Shown piece by piece: positions 26,457 to 37,316 of a DNA stretch of 64,000 nucleotides. The stretch is from Minisyncoccota bacterium. Its GTDB lineage: Bacteria; Patescibacteriota; Minisyncoccia; Phycocordibacterales; UBA918. The stretch is from positions 151,898-215,897 of the forward strand of contig JAWKSQ010000002.1 in assembly GCA_041389045.1 (NCBI GenBank), read 5' to 3'. Every line of letters starts with the position of its first letter. The stretch's first letter is position 1. Position numbers and translations under genes: made by a program. The notes beneath the pieces were generated by a model. The model was not told the origin of the DNA, made no database searches, and saw only the letters and a program-made list of their open reading frames with translations.

Positions 26457-26548
26457 ACTCCAAGTTGGCGGACACAGGAATTTTCTATCAACGCCCTCCT
26501 TAAAAAAGGTCTTCTCAAGCTGGTATACTATTAGTATATAGATATCAT

Positions 26549-28054
26549 ATGAATGTTCTGTTTTCGAAAAACTTTTGGTTATACTTATTATTGATTGCTG
26601 TAAGTGTCACTAGCTTTGTTGGTTACCGTATTTACTTACAAAACCAAGTGGAACCAACTGAAACTACTCAAGTAACAAACAATACCGTTGAACAAACTGT
26701 TACGGTGTCTGGTAAGATAGAGGCCAAAAAAATCGCCAGACTAGGTTTTGCCTTTTCTGGCACTATTCAAAACATCTACAAAAGTGCTGGTGAAAATGTA
26801 AAAGAGGGAGAAGTCATTGCCTCCCTTACTAGTAGTGCCCTGGTGGCTGAGTACTCAGCTGCCTTGTCACGAGTAAAAGCCCTTGATCAATCCAGGCAAC
26901 AACTAGTGCGTGGAGCTACTGAAGAAGAAAAGAAAGTCGCTAGAACCAATGTCCAAATTGCTACCACTAAACTAGCCAACGCAGAAAAAGATTTTGCTCA
27001 GATAGTCAATAACGCAAGACAGTCACTACTCTCAACCGGCCTACAAGCCTACCCAACAAACATTAATAACAATGACGTCCCGCCCACTATTACCGGCAGT
27101 TATACTTGTAAGGACGAAGGATCTTACACACTATCGCTCTTTCCATCAAATGCCGGTTCCGGGCTGTCTTATTACTTAAATGGTCTGAGTTCAGGTACAT
27201 ACACAGCCAACTTCGACACTCCAACTCCACTTGGTGACTGTGGTCTCTTTATCCAATTTGCGCTTGGTGAAAATTACCGCACTGATGACTGGGTGGTCAG
27301 TATCCCTAATAAACGAAGTAGTAGCTACGTAACCTTAAAAAATAACTACGACCTAGCGGTCGCTGAGGCTGAGTCAGGTATTAAAGCGGCTAAAGAAGCT
27401 TTGGAATTAGCAAAGGACAACGAAGAAGTAATACTATCCCCAGTCACTACCGAACTTCTTTCTGAAGCCGATGCCCGCGTCCGAGAAGCTGAGGCGCAAC
27501 TAATCGCTCAAGATGCTCGGGTGTCTGACTACACTATCCGTGCACCCTTTGATGGAATCATTACTGATGTCAGTATGAAAGTGGGCGAACCAACTGGCCC
27601 CAACCATTCCATCACTATAGTTTATGAAGGTGAATACGAATTAAAAGCGCGCATTCCTGAAATCGACATTACTAAAGTAAAAGTTGGTAATAACGTAAAG
27701 GTAAAATTCGATGCTGACCCAAATGAAGAATTCACTGCTAACATCGCTTTTATTTCCCCTATTTCATCAGACATTGGTGGTGTTGCTTACTATGACGCCT
27801 ACATCAATTTAGATAAAGATCCTACTTGGTTGCGGGAAGGACTAAATGCTGACGTAATTATCGAAAGTCAAAAGAAAGTTGGCGTACCAACCCTCCCGAA
27901 AAGATTTTTAATTTTTAATCCCGACGGTACTTTCGTACTACAAAGATCCGGTGACTTAATTGTTAAAACACAAATCGCAACCGGTCTTGTAGGCACAGAT
28001 GGCTTTGCCGAAATAATCGACCTACCTGTTGGCTCAGAAGTACTACTACCATAA
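26549..28054 (+). CDS. HlyD/MacA-type periplasmic adaptor
   Basis: 501 aa with an N-terminal TM helix, a coiled-coil hairpin and a beta-barrel region (YTIRAPFDGIITDV). It is the first gene of the adaptor-permease-ATPase operon. Confidence 0.8.
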   Translation: MNVLFSKNFWLYLLLIAVSVTSFVGYRIYLQNQVEPTETTQVTNNTVEQTVTVSGKIEAKKIARLGFAFSGTIQNIYKSAGENVKEGEVIASLTSSALVAEYSAALSRVKALDQSRQQLVRGATEEEKKVARTNVQIATTKLANAEKDFAQIVNNARQSLLSTGLQAYPTNINNNDVPPTITGSYTCKDEGSYTLSLFPSNAGSGLSYYLNGLSSGTYTANFDTPTPLGDCGLFIQFALGENYRTDDWVVSIPNKRSSSYVTLKNNYDLAVAEAESGIKAAKEALELAKDNEEVILSPVTTELLSEADARVREAEAQLIAQDARVSDYTIRAPFDGIITDVSMKVGEPTGPNHSITIVYEGEYELKARIPEIDITKVKVGNNVKVKFDADPNEEFTANIAFISPISSDIGGVAYYDAYINLDKDPTWLREGLNADVIIESQKKVGVPTLPKRFLIFNPDGTFVLQRSGDLIVKTQIATGLVGTDGFAEIIDLPVGSEVLLP

Positions 28055-28057
28055 ACT

Positions 28058-29305
28058 ATGCGTGATTTACGAATTGGTTTATTCCTAGGTCTACGACAAA
28101 TCCAACGAGCCAATCTTTGGACGACTTTACTTATTATTGTTGTAATTTTATTTACCTTTCTAAACTTAGTGGCTTTAAGTGGAATTTTGATCGGGATTGT
28201 TGACGGGGCTATGAAAGGTGTCCGTAGTGAAGCGATCGGTGACTTAACCATCAACCCACTCGATGGCGAAACTAGAATTAAAGAAACCGAACGTTTTATT
28301 GAGGAACTCAAAACTTATCCGGAAGTTTACTCCTTTACCCAAAGATATACCGGACTAGCCACTATCGAAGCCAACTACAAAGAAAGACGTAACCTCAGTG
28401 CTGAACCAGATGTGATTGCAGTAGCTATCACAGGGATTGACGTGCTCGCTGAAGAAGCAACCACCAACTTGAGTAAATTAGTCAAGGAAGGTAGTTATCT
28501 TGACCCTAATGAGAGCGGTTATATTTTGATTGGTAAATATAACATTGATCGATACGCCGCTGAGTTTGGTGATGTTTTTGACTCACTAAAAAACGTCTAC
28601 CCGGGTGACAGCGTCATGGTCACTGTTGGCGACCAAAGTCGTGAATTTATCGTTAAAGGTATCGTTGAATCCAAAGTAGACTTAGTCTCAGTCAGTGTAT
28701 TTATCCCCGAACTTGAGTTCAAGCGCATGTTTGATAGAGCTGACTACAACGCCAACCAAATCGCCGTCAAATTAAAAGCCGGTTACGATGAAAAAGTAGT
28801 TCGCGACCAATTACAAAAGAGTGACTTAGTAAAACTAGCCGAAATACATTCCTTCACAGAAGATGTACCTAAGTTTATTATCGATGTCCGAAAAACTTTC
28901 GACATCCTAGGAGTCTTCACTGGAGCAATTGGTCTTATAGTAGCCTCTATCACTATTTTTATCGTAATCTTCATTAATGCCTTATCGAGAAGACGCCAGA
29001 TCGGTATTCTTAAGGCGGTGGGCATAACCAGACGAACCATCGAATATGCCTATATTACCCAAGCAGCCTTTTATGCCATCATTGGCTCTATCTTAGGTAT
29101 ATTAATTACCTACTATGTTCTGATACCATATTTCAACCAAAACCCGATAGACTTTCCTTTCTCTAACGCCTCACTCAGTATTAGTCTAGAAGGAATGTAC
29201 ATAAGAGCTGGAGCACTTTTAGTCGTAACTTTGATTGCTGGGTTCGTACCGGCTTGGATGATTACTAGACAAAATACCTTAAACTCTATCTTAGGTAGAA
29301 AATAA
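28058..29305 (+). CDS. FtsX/MacB-type ABC permease
   Basis: 415 aa with TM1, a large periplasmic domain and 3 C-terminal TM helices. FtsX-like RRRQIGILKAVG motif. Confidence 0.85.
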   Translation: MRDLRIGLFLGLRQIQRANLWTTLLIIVVILFTFLNLVALSGILIGIVDGAMKGVRSEAIGDLTINPLDGETRIKETERFIEELKTYPEVYSFTQRYTGLATIEANYKERRNLSAEPDVIAVAITGIDVLAEEATTNLSKLVKEGSYLDPNESGYILIGKYNIDRYAAEFGDVFDSLKNVYPGDSVMVTVGDQSREFIVKGIVESKVDLVSVSVFIPELEFKRMFDRADYNANQIAVKLKAGYDEKVVRDQLQKSDLVKLAEIHSFTEDVPKFIIDVRKTFDILGVFTGAIGLIVASITIFIVIFINALSRRRQIGILKAVGITRRTIEYAYITQAAFYAIIGSILGILITYYVLIPYFNQNPIDFPFSNASLSISLEGMYIRAGALLVVTLIAGFVPAWMITRQNTLNSILGRK

Positions 29306-29316
29306 TTAGTTAGCAT

Positions 29317-30069
29317 ATGCAAATTATCTCTGGTAAAAACATCACTAAATCTTTTGGTTCAGACCGACTGTTGACACAAGTCCTAAAAGGAATTGATATT
29401 GAAATTTTCTCTGGTGAATTTGTGGCGATTATGGGAAAGTCTGGTGCTGGCAAGTCTACCCTCCTCTACCAGCTCTCAGCCTTAGACAAACCAACCTCTG
29501 GAGAAATTTACATAGACAACCAAAATATTCTAGATTTTAATGAGACTGAATTGGTAAATTTTAGACTCTATACACTTGGTTATATTTTTCAAGATTACGC
29601 TCTGATTCCCGACCTAACAGCTGAAGAAAATGTTGTCGTACCACTCTTGATGCGAGGCGAAGACTGGTACACCGCTAAACAAACTGCTCTTAAGGCACTC
29701 GATGATGTTGATCTGCCTGGTAAATATCACCATTTGCCCTCAGAACTCTCTGGTGGAGAACAACAGCGCGTAGCCGTAGCCAGAGCCATTGCTGGTAAAC
29801 CAAAAATAGTCTTTGCCGACGAGCCAACCGCCAACTTGGATAGTACTTCTGGCCGGGCCATTATCGACCTCTTAGCCACTCTGCACAAGACTGGTCAAAC
29901 TATAGTTATGGTTACCCACGAAGCCGAATACACAAATCATTGTGACCGAATAATCAATCTGAAAGATGGTCGAATAATTGGCGAAAGTACTACTCAGAAC
30001 ACTACCGAGACCACTCCACTTAATCCTTCCTCTGTTACTGATGAATTTAATAGTAATTTAAGCCAATAA
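29317..30069 (+). CDS. ABC transporter ATP-binding protein (MacB/LolD-like)
   Basis: Walker A GKSGAGKST, signature LSGGEQQR, Walker B VFADEP. Confidence 0.9.
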   Translation: MQIISGKNITKSFGSDRLLTQVLKGIDIEIFSGEFVAIMGKSGAGKSTLLYQLSALDKPTSGEIYIDNQNILDFNETELVNFRLYTLGYIFQDYALIPDLTAEENVVVPLLMRGEDWYTAKQTALKALDDVDLPGKYHHLPSELSGGEQQRVAVARAIAGKPKIVFADEPTANLDSTSGRAIIDLLATLHKTGQTIVMVTHEAEYTNHCDRIINLKDGRIIGESTTQNTTETTPLNPSSVTDEFNSNLSQ

Positions 30070-30093
30070 CCAATCCTACACCCAAACATTCTT

Positions 30094-30897
30094 ATGCCAT
30101 CTTTAGCACAAATAAATCAGTTCCTTATAAATTTTGAAGAATGGCTCTTTTTACTGACTTTGCGTGAAATCGTGATTTATATATCTTACGCTGTTATTTT
30201 TTATTTTGTTTTCCACGCCTTACGTATGTTGATAATTTTGATAATCAACAAACAACTAGCCTATAAAAGTAAAAGGTGGATTTCTGACAATGTAGGTAGC
30301 CAGAGAAACATCTTAGTCTTAGGAGACAGTACCGCGGTCGGTACTGGCGCCAGTAGAGCCGAGGACAGTATTGCTGGTCGGCTGGCGCATGATTTTCCTA
30401 ATGTCGAAATTGTAAACTTAGGTAAGAATGGCGGACTATTTAGTGACGTGAGAAAGCAAATTGACTTAGTAAAGAAGGAAAAGTTTGACCTCATTATCAT
30501 TAGCGTCGGTGGCAATGACGTCTGGAGTTTGACCAGTCGAAGCTCCATTGGCAATCATTTAGTCTATATTCTAAGAAACGCTTACCGCATGAGTAATGGG
30601 AATGTCTTTTTCTTGCTTTACAATAATATTGGTGACGCACCAATATTCCCTAAGTTTTTAAGAGTCGTACTAAAGTGGCGTTGTAACCGTATTCACAGTA
30701 TCGTCAAACAGATTGCCTTTCACATGAAAATTCCCGTTATTTCATTGTTTGCGGAAGAAGCTAACAACCCTTTCACCCGATCACCGAAGGAACTGTTTGC
30801 TAAAGATGGCGTACACCCTAGTTCTAAAGGTTATGCCTTATGGTACAAGCGTATGTGGAGAGAGATGGTTCTCCGTGGCTTCCATTTTGATAGATAA
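30094..30897 (+). CDS. membrane-anchored SGNH/GDSL hydrolase
   Basis: Block I VLGDSTAVG, block III GGNDV, block V DGVHPS. Confidence 0.8.
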   Translation: MPSLAQINQFLINFEEWLFLLTLREIVIYISYAVIFYFVFHALRMLIILIINKQLAYKSKRWISDNVGSQRNILVLGDSTAVGTGASRAEDSIAGRLAHDFPNVEIVNLGKNGGLFSDVRKQIDLVKKEKFDLIIISVGGNDVWSLTSRSSIGNHLVYILRNAYRMSNGNVFFLLYNNIGDAPIFPKFLRVVLKWRCNRIHSIVKQIAFHMKIPVISLFAEEANNPFTRSPKELFAKDGVHPSSKGYALWYKRMWREMVLRGFHFDR

Positions 30898-30903
30898 GAC
30901 AAC

Positions 30904-31770
30904 CTAGTCTTTTACTAGAAGTTGTGGAAAATGTTTAGCCAGTAATAGCTTCAATCTTTGGATCGGATGAGCATTACCAAACCATAGCCGCTTTGCTATG
31001 TACCTCTCCTGCATCACATCAAACTGGTGATAGTAAGGAACGGCTTTAACCGTACCTTTATTCAAAAGTATTTTGAGAGCGTAGAGCACCACTACCCCAG
31101 AACAAAGCTGAACAGCACCAATTGATGACGGGCCACGTCTTTCGGAAATATCTGCGTCTTTAAGATAAGGTCTCTGTAAAAGTGACGGGACTAAACCAAC
31201 CAAAAAACGCATTATCTTTTCATCTTCAGTGTGAGTATCTTTTATTTGAAAATAATCATCAAAATTAGGGCCACCGGGCTTAAAAATAAGGAACGCCGTA
31301 CCAAACCCAATCGGACCAGCTGTAATAACCGGTATTTTCTTTTGCAAAGATCGATTAAAGTACAGCCGGCGCGCATCGACCGCAAACGCATCTAGGGCAT
31401 CCACCGACAAATCCACTCCAGCTAGAAAATCATTTATATTTTTATCATTAATGCCCTCTGAGAAAACTTCTATAGTGCAGTTAGGATTTATCTTCAACGC
31501 CTCCCCTTTCATAATCTCACCTTTTTTTTGACCAATCGTATCTACCCGAGCACCATACTGTCGATTAAAATTATTGAGAGCATACGCATCAAAATCAGCA
31601 ATTTTAAATTTTTGAAATCCTTGTCTTACTAAAGCAATTAAATGAGCCCCACCTACTCCACCCATACCAGGAATAGCTATTGTAAAATCCTTGATTTGAT
31701 CCTGTTCTTCCCTAGTCAGGAGACCGAGATTACGTGAGAAAGCTTCATCATAAGAAAACGTATTATCCAT
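30904..31770 (-). CDS. ThiF/MoeB/HesA-family E1-like adenylyltransferase
   Basis: IAIPGMGGVGGAHLIALVRQG is a nucleotide-binding loop. 288 aa with no rhodanese domain. Confidence 0.8.
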   Translation of the reverse strand: MDNTFSYDEAFSRNLGLLTREEQDQIKDFTIAIPGMGGVGGAHLIALVRQGFQKFKIADFDAYALNNFNRQYGARVDTIGQKKGEIMKGEALKINPNCTIEVFSEGINDKNINDFLAGVDLSVDALDAFAVDARRLYFNRSLQKKIPVITAGPIGFGTAFLIFKPGGPNFDDYFQIKDTHTEDEKIMRFLVGLVPSLLQRPYLKDADISERRGPSSIGAVQLCSGVVVLYALKILLNKGTVKAVPYYHQFDVMQERYIAKRLWFGNAHPIQRLKLLLAKHFPQLLVKD

Positions 31771-31816
31771 TCCTTAGATAGTAACTTATTATGTTTGTTT
31801 TTTAAAGTTAAAAATA

Positions 31817-31853
31817 GGTAAAAGACCGGCGACAAAGTCGCCGGTCTTTTACC
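31817..31853. terminator. bidirectional terminator after ftsH
   Basis: ggtaaaagaccggcgac-aaa-gtcgccggtcttttacc is a perfect 17-bp stem. Confidence 0.8.
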
Positions 31854-31867
31854 TATCACCCTACTTA

Positions 31868-33973
31868 CTACTCGATCGAATGTTTTATACTCTCAAAAAC
31901 TTTAGTAGGATCAGCTACCTTTTCATCTTCTTCTCGTTGCTTCTTGTAGACGTCTTGTATTTCTACCCCTTCACGCTTGAGTAAGGCTTCGTATTCTTCT
32001 CGTTCCAGCGTCTCGACTTCTACTAAGCGCTTGGAGATAGAGTCCAAGGCCGAACGATACTTAGAAAGAATCTCTCTAGCTTTGTTCTTTCCATCTTCAA
32101 TGATTTTCGCCACTTCATCATCAATTGCCTTAGCAACTTGTGGTGAATAGCCTCTGTCCTCACTCATTCCACCACCAATCATGCGACCACCAGTACCCTC
32201 AAGAGCAATCGGTCCAAGCGAACTCATACCATACTTAGTCACCATATCACGAGCCAGGTTTGCCACTACTTGGAGATCGTTACTTGGACCAGTCGTCAGG
32301 TCACCAAAGACCATTTCCTCAGTCACATACCCACCGAGTGTCATCGCAATATCATCAAGGAACTCTTTACGAGTATGCATCTTTCGATCTTCATCTGGGA
32401 GCTTGAGCGTGTATCCCGCCGCTCGACCACGAGAGATGATAGATATCTTCTGGACCGGGTCAGCATAAGGTAAGACTGAAGCCACGAGTGCATGTCCCAC
32501 TTCATGATAAGCGGTCACCAATTTTTCACGATTAGACAATACGTGACTTTTTCGTTCTGGTCCAAGCATCACCTTTTCAATCGAACGAATCAGATCGAAC
32601 TGCCCCACTTTCTTTCTGAGTTCCCGCGCAGCCAAAATCGCTCCTTCATTCATCAAAGAATACAGATCGGCACCAGAGAAACCTGGAGTGCGCTGAGCAA
32701 TTATTTCTAAGTTCACATCTTCTTGCAGTGGCTTTTTACGAGCATGAACTTTCAGAATCTCTTCACGATCTTTTCGATCAGGTAGGTCAATCGTCACTCG
32801 ACGATCAAAACGACCAGGACGTAGTAAAGCCGGATCAAGCACGTCAGGACGGTTGGTGGCCGCCATCACAATAACCTTGGCGTTTGGTTCAAAGCCATCC
32901 ATCTCTACCAAAATTTGATTTAGAGTCTGCTCCCGTTCATCATTACCACCGCCAATGCCAGTACCACGCACACGACCAACCGCATCAATTTCATCGACGA
33001 AGATAATAGCCGGCGCAGTTTTCTTAGCCATCTGGAAAAGATCCCGTACTCGACTAGCTCCGACTCCCACAAACATCTCCACGAATTCTGAACCAGAGAT
33101 AGAAAAGAATGGCACTCCAGCTTCCCCTGCTACTGCTCGTGCCAGTAGAGTCTTACCGGTACCTGGCGCACCCATCATCATTACTCCCTTAGGAATCTCT
33201 GCACCGATGTCGAGAAACTTCTTAGGGTTCTTAAGAAAGTCCACAATTTCTTCTAGTTCTTGCTTAGCCTCTTTAGCACCAGCCACATCTTTGAAAGTTA
33301 CCTTTTGACTAGAGTCATTAGGATCAATCATTCTTGCCTTACTAGAACCAAAGTTCAAGGCTTGCATCCCAGCCCCCTTCACCGAACGAGTGAAAAACCA
33401 AATTATCAAACCAAGAAAAATCAGCGGGAAAATAAACGGCGCAAACTGTCCGAGCCAGTAAGCAAAACCAGTTTCCCTTTGGACATCTATCTTAATTTCA
33501 TTAAGTTGCTCAGAAGTAACTCCGAAATTAATGAGCGACTCAGACACAGAAGAGTCGGTCTCTCTTTTAGCCTCACCCATGATGCGGGTTTCGTCAGTGT
33601 ATTTTATTTCGAGCTTACTTCCTCTGACGATGATTTCACTAACTTCACCGGCCTGAACTTGTTTAACTACTTCAGAAATCGACAGTTCTTCTGGAGTGAC
33701 TTTATTTTCAGTTAAATAACTAAAAACCAAAGTGACAAAAACCAACAACATCACGGTCGACAACATATTGTTCCAAAAATTTCCTGGACCAATTGGCACA
33801 TGCTGACGTACTTCTTTTAATTTGGAAAAATTATTACCAACTTTCTTTTTTGGCTCAGCCTTTTCTTCAAGCTTATTTTCAGTTTCCTTAGCCGAACTTT
33901 GGTTTTCGGTGTCTTTCGTTACTTCAATTTCTGGATTCTTATCGTTTTCTGGTTTTGACATAATACCGTGCAT
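31868..33973 (-). CDS. ftsH: ATP-dependent zinc metalloprotease FtsH
   Basis: [23 protein letters not shown], the SRH region and the HEVGHAL zinc site. 701 aa. Confidence 0.95.
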   Translation of the reverse strand: MHGIMSKPENDKNPEIEVTKDTENQSSAKETENKLEEKAEPKKKVGNNFSKLKEVRQHVPIGPGNFWNNMLSTVMLLVFVTLVFSYLTENKVTPEELSISEVVKQVQAGEVSEIIVRGSKLEIKYTDETRIMGEAKRETDSSVSESLINFGVTSEQLNEIKIDVQRETGFAYWLGQFAPFIFPLIFLGLIIWFFTRSVKGAGMQALNFGSSKARMIDPNDSSQKVTFKDVAGAKEAKQELEEIVDFLKNPKKFLDIGAEIPKGVMMMGAPGTGKTLLARAVAGEAGVPFFSISGSEFVEMFVGVGASRVRDLFQMAKKTAPAIIFVDEIDAVGRVRGTGIGGGNDEREQTLNQILVEMDGFEPNAKVIVMAATNRPDVLDPALLRPGRFDRRVTIDLPDRKDREEILKVHARKKPLQEDVNLEIIAQRTPGFSGADLYSLMNEGAILAARELRKKVGQFDLIRSIEKVMLGPERKSHVLSNREKLVTAYHEVGHALVASVLPYADPVQKISIISRGRAAGYTLKLPDEDRKMHTRKEFLDDIAMTLGGYVTEEMVFGDLTTGPSNDLQVVANLARDMVTKYGMSSLGPIALEGTGGRMIGGGMSEDRGYSPQVAKAIDDEVAKIIEDGKNKAREILSKYRSALDSISKRLVEVETLEREEYEALLKREGVEIQDVYKKQREEDEKVADPTKVFESIKHSIE

Positions 33974-34086
33974 TATACAAAAAAACGGCTAAATTACGAG
34001 CTTTTTCTTTTTAAGTAGTTTTAGTTAGCGTTTTCATTATATTGCCCTACCTCCCTTTACCCTCTATAGTATGATGGTGTTTACGT

Positions 34087-34533
34087 ATGAGTGACTATAT
34101 CAGCAACAAAAAAGCCTATTTCGATTACGAAATCCTCGAAGAATTCGAGGCTGGTGTCGTACTGTCTGGTGCTGAGGTGAAGTCGGTTCGAGCAGGCAAG
34201 GCCACCTTAAATGGAGCCTATGTGATTATTCGGGGTGAAGAAGCCTACTTAGTTAACGCCAGCATTAGTCCTTACCAAGTCGCTAACACACCGAAGAACT
34301 ATGAGCCAGACCGAGCCAGGAAACTACTTCTTAGTCGCAAAGAACTAGAAAAACTAGAACGTGGGAGCGAAAGTAATGGCTTGACAATAGTGGCAATTAA
34401 ATGGTATAATAAAAAGAGGTACCTTAAGCTACTCATTGGTCTAGCGCGCGGAAAGAAAAAGGCCGACAAGCGCGAAAGTCTGAAGAAGCGAGACACTAAA
34501 CGTGACATCGACCGTATTTTGAAAAGTCAGTAG
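34087..34533 (+). CDS. smpB: SsrA-binding protein SmpB
   Basis: NKKAYFDYEILEEFEAGVVLSGAEVKS..., a basic C-terminal tail, and tmRNA immediately downstream. Confidence 0.95.
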   Translation: MSDYISNKKAYFDYEILEEFEAGVVLSGAEVKSVRAGKATLNGAYVIIRGEEAYLVNASISPYQVANTPKNYEPDRARKLLLSRKELEKLERGSESNGLTIVAIKWYNKKRYLKLLIGLARGKKKADKRESLKKRDTKRDIDRILKSQ

Positions 34534-34713
34534 CGATGTTAGTAAGGAAAGTTTGTCTCCTTCGTCATCACCATTACACGTAGTTCCCAGAAAGTGCCGG
34601 GATATTCTATACTCCGACTGTCCAAAGCTAAGTAATTGGCTTGAGTATAGAACTTTCGAGATTTGGTTGAGTAAGCATTTCACTCAACCAGAAAAAGCCC
34701 CCGGCTTTTTCTG

Positions 34714-35105
34714 GGGATGCTAGGCATCGACGGTTAGCCTACCCATTATGTGCAGTGTCGAAGTTGGAATCAATTCGTTAAAAGGTTCCATTTGTATTTG
34801 CAAACAAAGCAATACCAAGTCCATACGCTAACGCGTTTGGATTCGCTCCCGCTCTAGCTTAAATTTAAGCAGACCCGGATCGATGCGAGTAGCGTAAACG
34901 TCTCATACGCGTTACTGGTAAAATAGCTACGAGACTGTGACTACCTCTGCCGTTGTCTAAGGTAATCAAGATTGTAACAACTCGAGTCTATGTTGTTTTG
35001 TTTCTTCTCAAGACATAGATTTTAAATCAAAGAAGTAACTACACACTGTAGAGTCATGATGTGGTACCTGATTCGGGACGGATTCATTTCACCATCTTCC
35101 ACTAA
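34714..35105 (+). ncRNA. ssrA: tmRNA (3' boundary uncertain)
   Basis: The 5' end GGGGATGCTAGGCATCGACGG is a tRNA-like start. The tag ORF GCAAACAAAGCA...GCTCTAGCTTAA encodes ANKAIPSPYANAFGFAPALA*. The 3' CATCTTCC pairs with GGGGATG, giving G3-U70. A terminator follows at 35111-35140. I could not fold a canonical T-arm. Confidence 0.8.
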
Positions 35106-35138
35106 TACAAACTCCACCCGCCAGGGTGGTTTTTTGTT

Positions 35139-35316
35139 AGTGGAGATGGTGAGCAAGCAAACTGCTTTGCTTGCGTGAAATGGAATCAAGCGGAAGCATG
35201 TTGCCTTAGCAACTGCTGAGCTCGGGGAGAAAGTTCTTAGTAGAATCAGAGCATAGCGAATGATTATACTTAGAAACGACCTCTCAATTCTCGTCATCTC
35301 CACAGAATATAGAAAC
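35139..35316 (-). repeat. inverted partial copy of the tmRNA termini (tRNA-like ends)
   Basis: The minus strand reads GGAGATGACGAGAATTGAGAGGTCG ... GATTCCATTTCAC[hairpin]TCACCATCTCCACTAA. The ends pair (GGAGATG/CATCTCC). The 3' part mirrors the tmRNA 3' end GGATTCATTTCACCATCTTCCACTAA. Confidence 0.5.
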
Positions 35317-35362
35317 ATATAGAACAATTGAAAAAACCACCTCAAGGGCGGTTTTTTAATTT

Positions 35363-35792
35363 TTACTCCTGTGGAAATTTTGATATATCCATAAAGGCTT
35401 GGCTCAAGAATATAACCTTCAGTATCTTCTACTTCAAATGTATACATGAAGTCTCCCGCCATCTCTTGATTAAACTTGTTTTCATATACTCTCCCTCCAG
35501 CACTTTTGGCTTTTGCACAAAAATCATCTACAGCTTCCTTGGAACCCAAACTTAAAGCGTAGTACGCACTAACTGACTTTTTTTGATTAGGGACTGTTTT
35601 TCCATCACTGAAGTTGTGTGCAAATTCTTCAGTTAGGAGCATAAACACAATCTCTTCACTCCACATCATTGCGCTAGCAACATCGTTACTAAACATTGGA
35701 TTTTTGGTACAGCCGATTGCTTCGTAAAAAGCAGTTGCTTTATCCAAATCTCTAACAATCAAATTTATGTACACTGATTTTTTTGTTTGCAT
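35363..35792 (-). pseudogene. VOC/glyoxalase-family protein with a 3'-terminal frameshift
   Basis: The N-terminal INLIVRDLDKATAFYEAIG is a VOC fold. In the adjacent frame the C-terminus reads ...AFMDISKFPQE* and stops at 35363, just before a terminator hairpin. The 256-aa track ORF reads through that terminator and into tmRNA. Confidence 0.7.
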
Positions 35793-35800
35793 AATATCTC

Positions 35801-36239
35801 TTATTTTTCTGATAATATTTTTAAAAATTCAAGCGCTTGTGGCCACATTTCTTCAAAAGAATCTTTATGTTCATTGTTAATGTCCATATCTACAGACACC
35901 TCAGTACAACCGTCTTTAGTGGTGAAAGTATAATTTTCAAAAGATGGTGCCCATTTCTTCACTTCGTCACTGGTTGTATCAACTACACCATCCATGATGA
36001 GTCCTACATGCTCAATGGATATATATTCGTTTGAGACGATTCTCTTTAATACGACTGTACATACCCATATTTGCATCCTCACCAAGAAACCTGGCTTCAA
36101 AACCCTCCTCCCAGTTCCTTCAAAGTGAGATCCCGGACTGAATGGTACAGTCCACTGACGATAAGTATTATCTCCCAGCATGGTATCCCATACTTTCTCA
36201 CCGTGCATCTATTTGAATTGAAAAATGTATTTTTTGCAT
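35801..36239 (-). pseudogene. SRPBCC (AHSA1/YndB-like) protein, frameshifted near the 5' end
   Basis: MQKIHFSIQIDAR* (start at 36239) continues in another frame as GEKVWDTMLGDNTYRQWT...EMWPQALEFLK, which is the SRPBCC pattern. Confidence 0.65.
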
Positions 36240-36428
36240 ATAATTAAATTTACCACAAATCCACAACCTTCAAAAAATTAGGGCACTCCATTTCAATTAA
36301 AGAGGTTCTAACTTGGTACAAAGTCTTCCACTTTTATAATATTAGCGCCATTAGGCGCTTTTCTTTGTGTCCATGCGAATATTTATTCTTTAATACAGGT
36401 AACCATCAAAAATGACATCTTTTTTCAC

Positions 36429-36984
36429 TTACCCTCCCTGCACTTCCTGTAAGCCATACTCAGTAAATTCATCTATGACAGCATTCTCATCATAAAAATA
36501 TATCTTTGCACCACCATGTTGCTCGAAACGATTATGCCCGATTTGAGTTCCCTTTCCGTAATTTGGGGCTGTTGTAGAAACTGCCACAAATACCATCGCA
36601 CCTCCTGGGCTAACTGACCGTAACAATCAGCAATAAGCTTTTTTCTTTCCTGTGTATCAAGCAGATGTATAACTGCATAACAAAACACACCATCACACCT
36701 CATTATCAAACGGCATATCAGTCACAGAACCTTGATAAATGATTGTCGACACCCATTTCCTCTTTAGCAATTTTAACTGCTGTTTCAGAGATCTCTATCC
36801 CCGTTATTTGCATACCAGCTTCAATGAACGGCACAGCGTTGCGTCCATATCCAATCCCAGGAATAAGCACTTTACGTATCTCTCTTTTCTGAAAATAATC
36901 GGAAGCGATAACAGCCGCCGGAGCAGCCTCTTCACCCCACATTTTTTGTTTATTTTTAAAATTCTCTTCCCAAAATTCTGTCAT
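36429..36984 (-). pseudogene. class I SAM-dependent methyltransferase in three frames
   Basis: Motif I VLIPGIGYGRNA lies in 36718-36984. [12 protein letters not shown] and SPGGAMVF lie in the two downstream fragments. Confidence 0.75.
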
Positions 36985-37316
36985 GCTCAGATACTATCAC
37001 AGATCACCCCTTCCCCCTTCAGGGGACTAACACATTACATTTTAATTATAAAATTTTACTCTACTCAAAGCATTGATGTTTTGATAGTCATTGTGCCACT
37101 TTAGAAACAAAGTCAACTTGATGCAAAATGATTTACATCACTCCTTTGTTAAAAGAACGCTTAAGTGGGCTCATTTGTAAGATACCTATTTCGAAGACTT
37201 ATCAAAATAAATATTGACTTTTTGATAATCTAATGTATTATATTAATTGGTAAGTCCCGTTTAACTTTACATAAATTGTGAAGTTAGTTTTATCAACTAC
37301 AAACAAAGGATCCCCT

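Noticed and set aside
35022-35362. C-terminal 115 aa of the 256-aa track ORF 35022-35792
   Set aside because: It reads through a terminator hairpin, the inverted tmRNA copy and the tmRNA 3' end. The adjacent frame gives a normal VOC C-terminus that stops at 35363.
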